DNA of 34,571 bases from a virus: positions 1 through 34,571 of the IMG/VR virus record IMGVR_UViG_3300045988_057161; one strand, written 5' to 3'. The translations under genes were made by a program, and so were the position numbers. Positions 32,874-34,571 of the stretch are shown here, piece by piece. The notes beneath the pieces were generated by a model, which had not been told where the DNA came from, did not search any database, and was given only the letters and a program-made list of their open reading frames with translations. Positions within the stretch are counted from its first letter, which is position 1; every line of letters begins with the position of its first letter.

Positions 32874-33095
32874 ATGTACCCCCACCAGCCAACCAAGCCC
32901 ACCCCCATCGAGGATGTCTCCGTTGGCAGCCTCATCATCCGGGAAGGCGCCGTCTGGAGGGTCGAGTCCAACCGAGCCACCCCCGGCCGGCCCGCCTACC
33001 GGACCCTCACTCTCCGAGGCGGGCACGCAGGCGCCCAGAAAGGCTCCTACGCCACCGCCCCCGTCGGCTCAATCGTCATCGTCCGCACCAACTGA
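32874..33095 (+). CDS. Hypothetical small protein (73 aa)
   Basis: ORF with a gaaaggaac SD and high GC3. Confidence 0.55.
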   Translation: MYPHQPTKPTPIEDVSVGSLIIREGAVWRVESNRATPGRPAYRTLTLRGGHAGAQKGSYATAPVGSIVIVRTN

Positions 33096-33109
33096 AAGGA
33101 ACCAACGCC

Positions 33110-33277
33110 ATGCGCCACGCAGCAGCCCCCACCGCCCGCCCCAGGCCGTCCGGCAGGGCAGCCCAGCTCGCCCTCGGCGCCATCGCCTACGCCATCGCAG
33201 GCCTGTCTGCCGGCCTCATCACCCTCGGCTCCGCCATCGCCATCTGGGGCCTCTGGCAGTGGCTGGGGGTGAACTGA
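33110..33277 (+). CDS. Small membrane protein (55 aa)
   Basis: My own translation: MRHAAAPTARPRPSGRAAQLALGAIAYAIAGLSAGLITLGSAIAIWGLWQWLGVN. It has a gaaaggaac SD and is below the ORF-track cut-off. Confidence 0.5.
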   Translation: MRHAAAPTARPRPSGRAAQLALGAIAYAIAGLSAGLITLGSAIAIWGLWQWLGVN

Positions 33278-33278
33278 C

Positions 33279-33536
33279 ATGACCCCCGCAGGAGTCGTCA
33301 GCGAAGCTCTCACCATCCTTGACGCGTGCGGCCTCGACCGGACCAAGCTGAAAGTGGCGACCGGCCCCCGCGAAGCGGTCATCCGCAGGGGCCGGCGGCC
33401 GTCAGGGATCCGAGTGACTCTCGCCAGGCGCGGCGTCACCTGGCACGTGACCGGGGGTGGCGTCCACTGGAAAGGTGCCAGCCGGCACGCCGCCGCCACA
33501 CAGATCGCTCACATCATCGAAACCGGCTGGAGGTGA
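33279..33536 (+). CDS. Hypothetical protein (85 aa), last rightward gene
   Basis: ORF starting 1 nt after the previous stop. High GC3 throughout. Confidence 0.55.
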   Translation: MTPAGVVSEALTILDACGLDRTKLKVATGPREAVIRRGRRPSGIRVTLARRGVTWHVTGGGVHWKGASRHAAATQIAHIIETGWR

Positions 33537-33914
33537 CGGCGGCGCAGGCGGCCGCTGCTCCGGGGCGATCAACCGAATCAACGCCACCCCCCACCGGATC
33601 AGCGCGGCCGCATACTCCTCCAGCTTGAACACCTGCACCCTGAGGCGGTGCGCTTCCTCTTCGGCGAGGTCGCGCGCCGCCTCAGCCGCATCCCTGGACT
33701 GCTCCAACGTCTCGACGCGACGGTTCAAGGAGTCGGCCATCCGCTCCAGAGCCTCAACCCGCCGGTCGGATGTGTGCTCCGCCTTCGCGAACAGCCAACC
33801 GATCCACGACGCTACGGAGGCAAGGGCCGCGCCGAGCAACTCGGCAGGCAACGGAGGGAGGTCGAGGTCATGCATGAGGCCAGTATGGGGCACCGGCACT
33901 GCGACGACACTCAC
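33402..33914 (-). CDS. Membrane-anchored coiled-coil protein, last gene of the late operon
   Basis: ORF 33402..33998. The preferred start is GTG 33914, in a GTGA overlap with the glycosidase stop. An alternative start is ATG 33875. It has a TM segment LLGAALASVASWIGWLF followed by the heptad-like RRVEALERMADSLNRRVETLEQSRDAAEAARDLAEEEAHRLRVQVFKLEE. The 3' tail has lower GC3. Confidence 0.5.
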   Translation of the reverse strand: MSVVAVPVPHTGLMHDLDLPPLPAELLGAALASVASWIGWLFAKAEHTSDRRVEALERMADSLNRRVETLEQSRDAAEAARDLAEEEAHRLRVQVFKLEEYAAALIRWGVALIRLIAPEQRPPAPPSPPAGFDDVSDLCGGGVPAGTFPVDATPGHVPGDAAPGESHSDP

Positions 33915-34571
33915 GCCAACGGGGCGTACATCATCGGCATGACCCGCTTCCCGCCGCCGCCCGCGGGAATGTTCGCGACCACCGTCTTGTTCGGCCACAC
34001 CTCAACGGTCGCCCCGTCAGACGTACCGTCCGTCTTCAACAGCGGGTAGCAGGTGCGCTGCGGCTTACTATCACCCAACACAGCGGGCGGGATCGTCGCG
34101 ACCCGCTTCTGCCCAACAGACGGCAGCGTCACCGTGCCCCACTCCGACCGGGGCCCCACGCACAGTGCGTGGCCACTCAGGGACGCAATAAATACGTCCC
34201 CGGGAGTCATATCGCCTGGGAACGACGTCCACTCAGGCGCCGGCGGTGCAGGAGAAGCCCCGCCCGACCCCGTCGGCCGGCGGCCGTTCACCGCGTCGAC
34301 CACCTGCAGCCACGCAGCGGCAGACTTCGGGCCGGTGTCCGGACGGACATCAAAGTCGCCGTACTGGCCGATGTTCCACAGGCCAACACCGTTCAGCCCA
34401 GACATGAACGCCACTTGCGCGAACGCGGCCAGCTTCGCGGCTTTCGCATCGTCCGACTTGTCGTTGAAGCCGACCTCCTCCAGGATGAACGGCTTCCCTG
34501 CCTGTGTGGCAATCTGGGTGAGGTTACGGAACGCATCGCCGGACGGGCTTTCGTACCCATGGGCGGTAAAG
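33911..34571 (-). CDS. Clan GH-A-like glycoside hydrolase, C-terminal part (continuation of 1..693 across the circular junction)
   Basis: It is in frame with feature 1..693 once the 55-bp duplicate is removed, for 432 aa in total. It contains the nucleophile region KPFILEEVGFND and GLWNIG, then a Pro-rich linker GGASPAPPAPEW and a beta-rich C-terminal domain of about 120 aa. Confidence 0.6.
   Translation of the reverse strand, partial: FTAHGYESPSGDAFRNLTQIATQAGKPFILEEVGFNDKSDDAKAAKLAAFAQVAFMSGLNGVGLWNIGQYGDFDVRPDTGPKSAAAWLQVVDAVNGRRPTGSGGASPAPPAPEWTSFPGDMTPGDVFIASLSGHALCVGPRSEWGTVTLPSVGQKRVATIPPAVLGDSKPQRTCYPLLKTDGTSDGATVEVWPNKTVVANIPAGGGGKRVMPMMYAPLA
34517..34571. repeat. 55-bp duplicate of window start
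   Basis: Identical to 1..55. Confidence 0.9.

Noticed and set aside
1-34571. Integrase/attP, CI-type repressor, tRNA, rRNA or toxin-antitoxin pairs
   Set aside because: I looked through all ORFs and the intergenic gaps (11567-11676, 19919-20000, 21858-22062, 22507-22998, 23212-23359, 25541-25868, 30836-24, 32355-32608). I saw no tyrosine- or serine-recombinase motifs, cloverleaf-capable sequences or small paired ORFs that would support these.

Overview
This high-GC window (about 60-65% by eye) appears to be a complete, circularly closed genome of a siphovirus-type phage of a high-GC Gram-positive (actinobacterial) host. The first 55 nt are identical to the last 55 nt, so the unique length is 34,516 bp, and one gene runs across the junction.

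Layout:
(1) Minus strand, 22.5 kb down to 1, then wrapping to 33.4 kb: HNH endonuclease; lysis cassette (two-domain endolysin, small TM ORF, 3-TM holin); TerS; TerL; portal; MuF-like protein; scaffold; major capsid; four head-tail joining proteins; major tail protein with an Ig-like C-terminus; G and G-T chaperones with a CCCTTTC -1 slip site; 1104-aa tape measure; Dit; Tal; 1071-aa coiled-coil fibre; 229-aa tail protein; a clan GH-A-like glycosidase spanning the junction; a membrane coiled-coil protein.
(2) Minus strand, 25.5 to 23.0 kb: wHTH replication initiator, DnaB helicase, small membrane protein, strong hairpin terminator.
(3) Plus strand, 25.87 to 33.54 kb: about 22 tightly coupled early genes. 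These include RecT, an HTH protein, dUTPase, a DUF3310-like protein, a PD-(D/E)XK nuclease, SSB, NrdH, a metallophosphoesterase and many small unknowns.

I saw no integrase, repressor, tRNA, rRNA, CRISPR array or reverse transcriptase.

The signals most worth a second look are mostly non-genic:
- a dense cluster of DnaA-box-like 9-mers (four perfect TTATCCACA) next to AT-rich tracts at 22.65-22.85 kb;
- a roughly 650-bp block (21.97-22.63 kb) that is A-depleted and G+T-rich, with G-quadruplex motifs and a (GTTT)n tract, covering the HNH gene;
- a divergent control region with twin 15-bp palindromes and a promoter whose spacer is an 18-bp palindrome;
- a perfect 61-bp direct repeat bracketing a two-gene cassette downstream of dUTPase.

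All functional calls come from motif recognition and synteny. No database search was possible.
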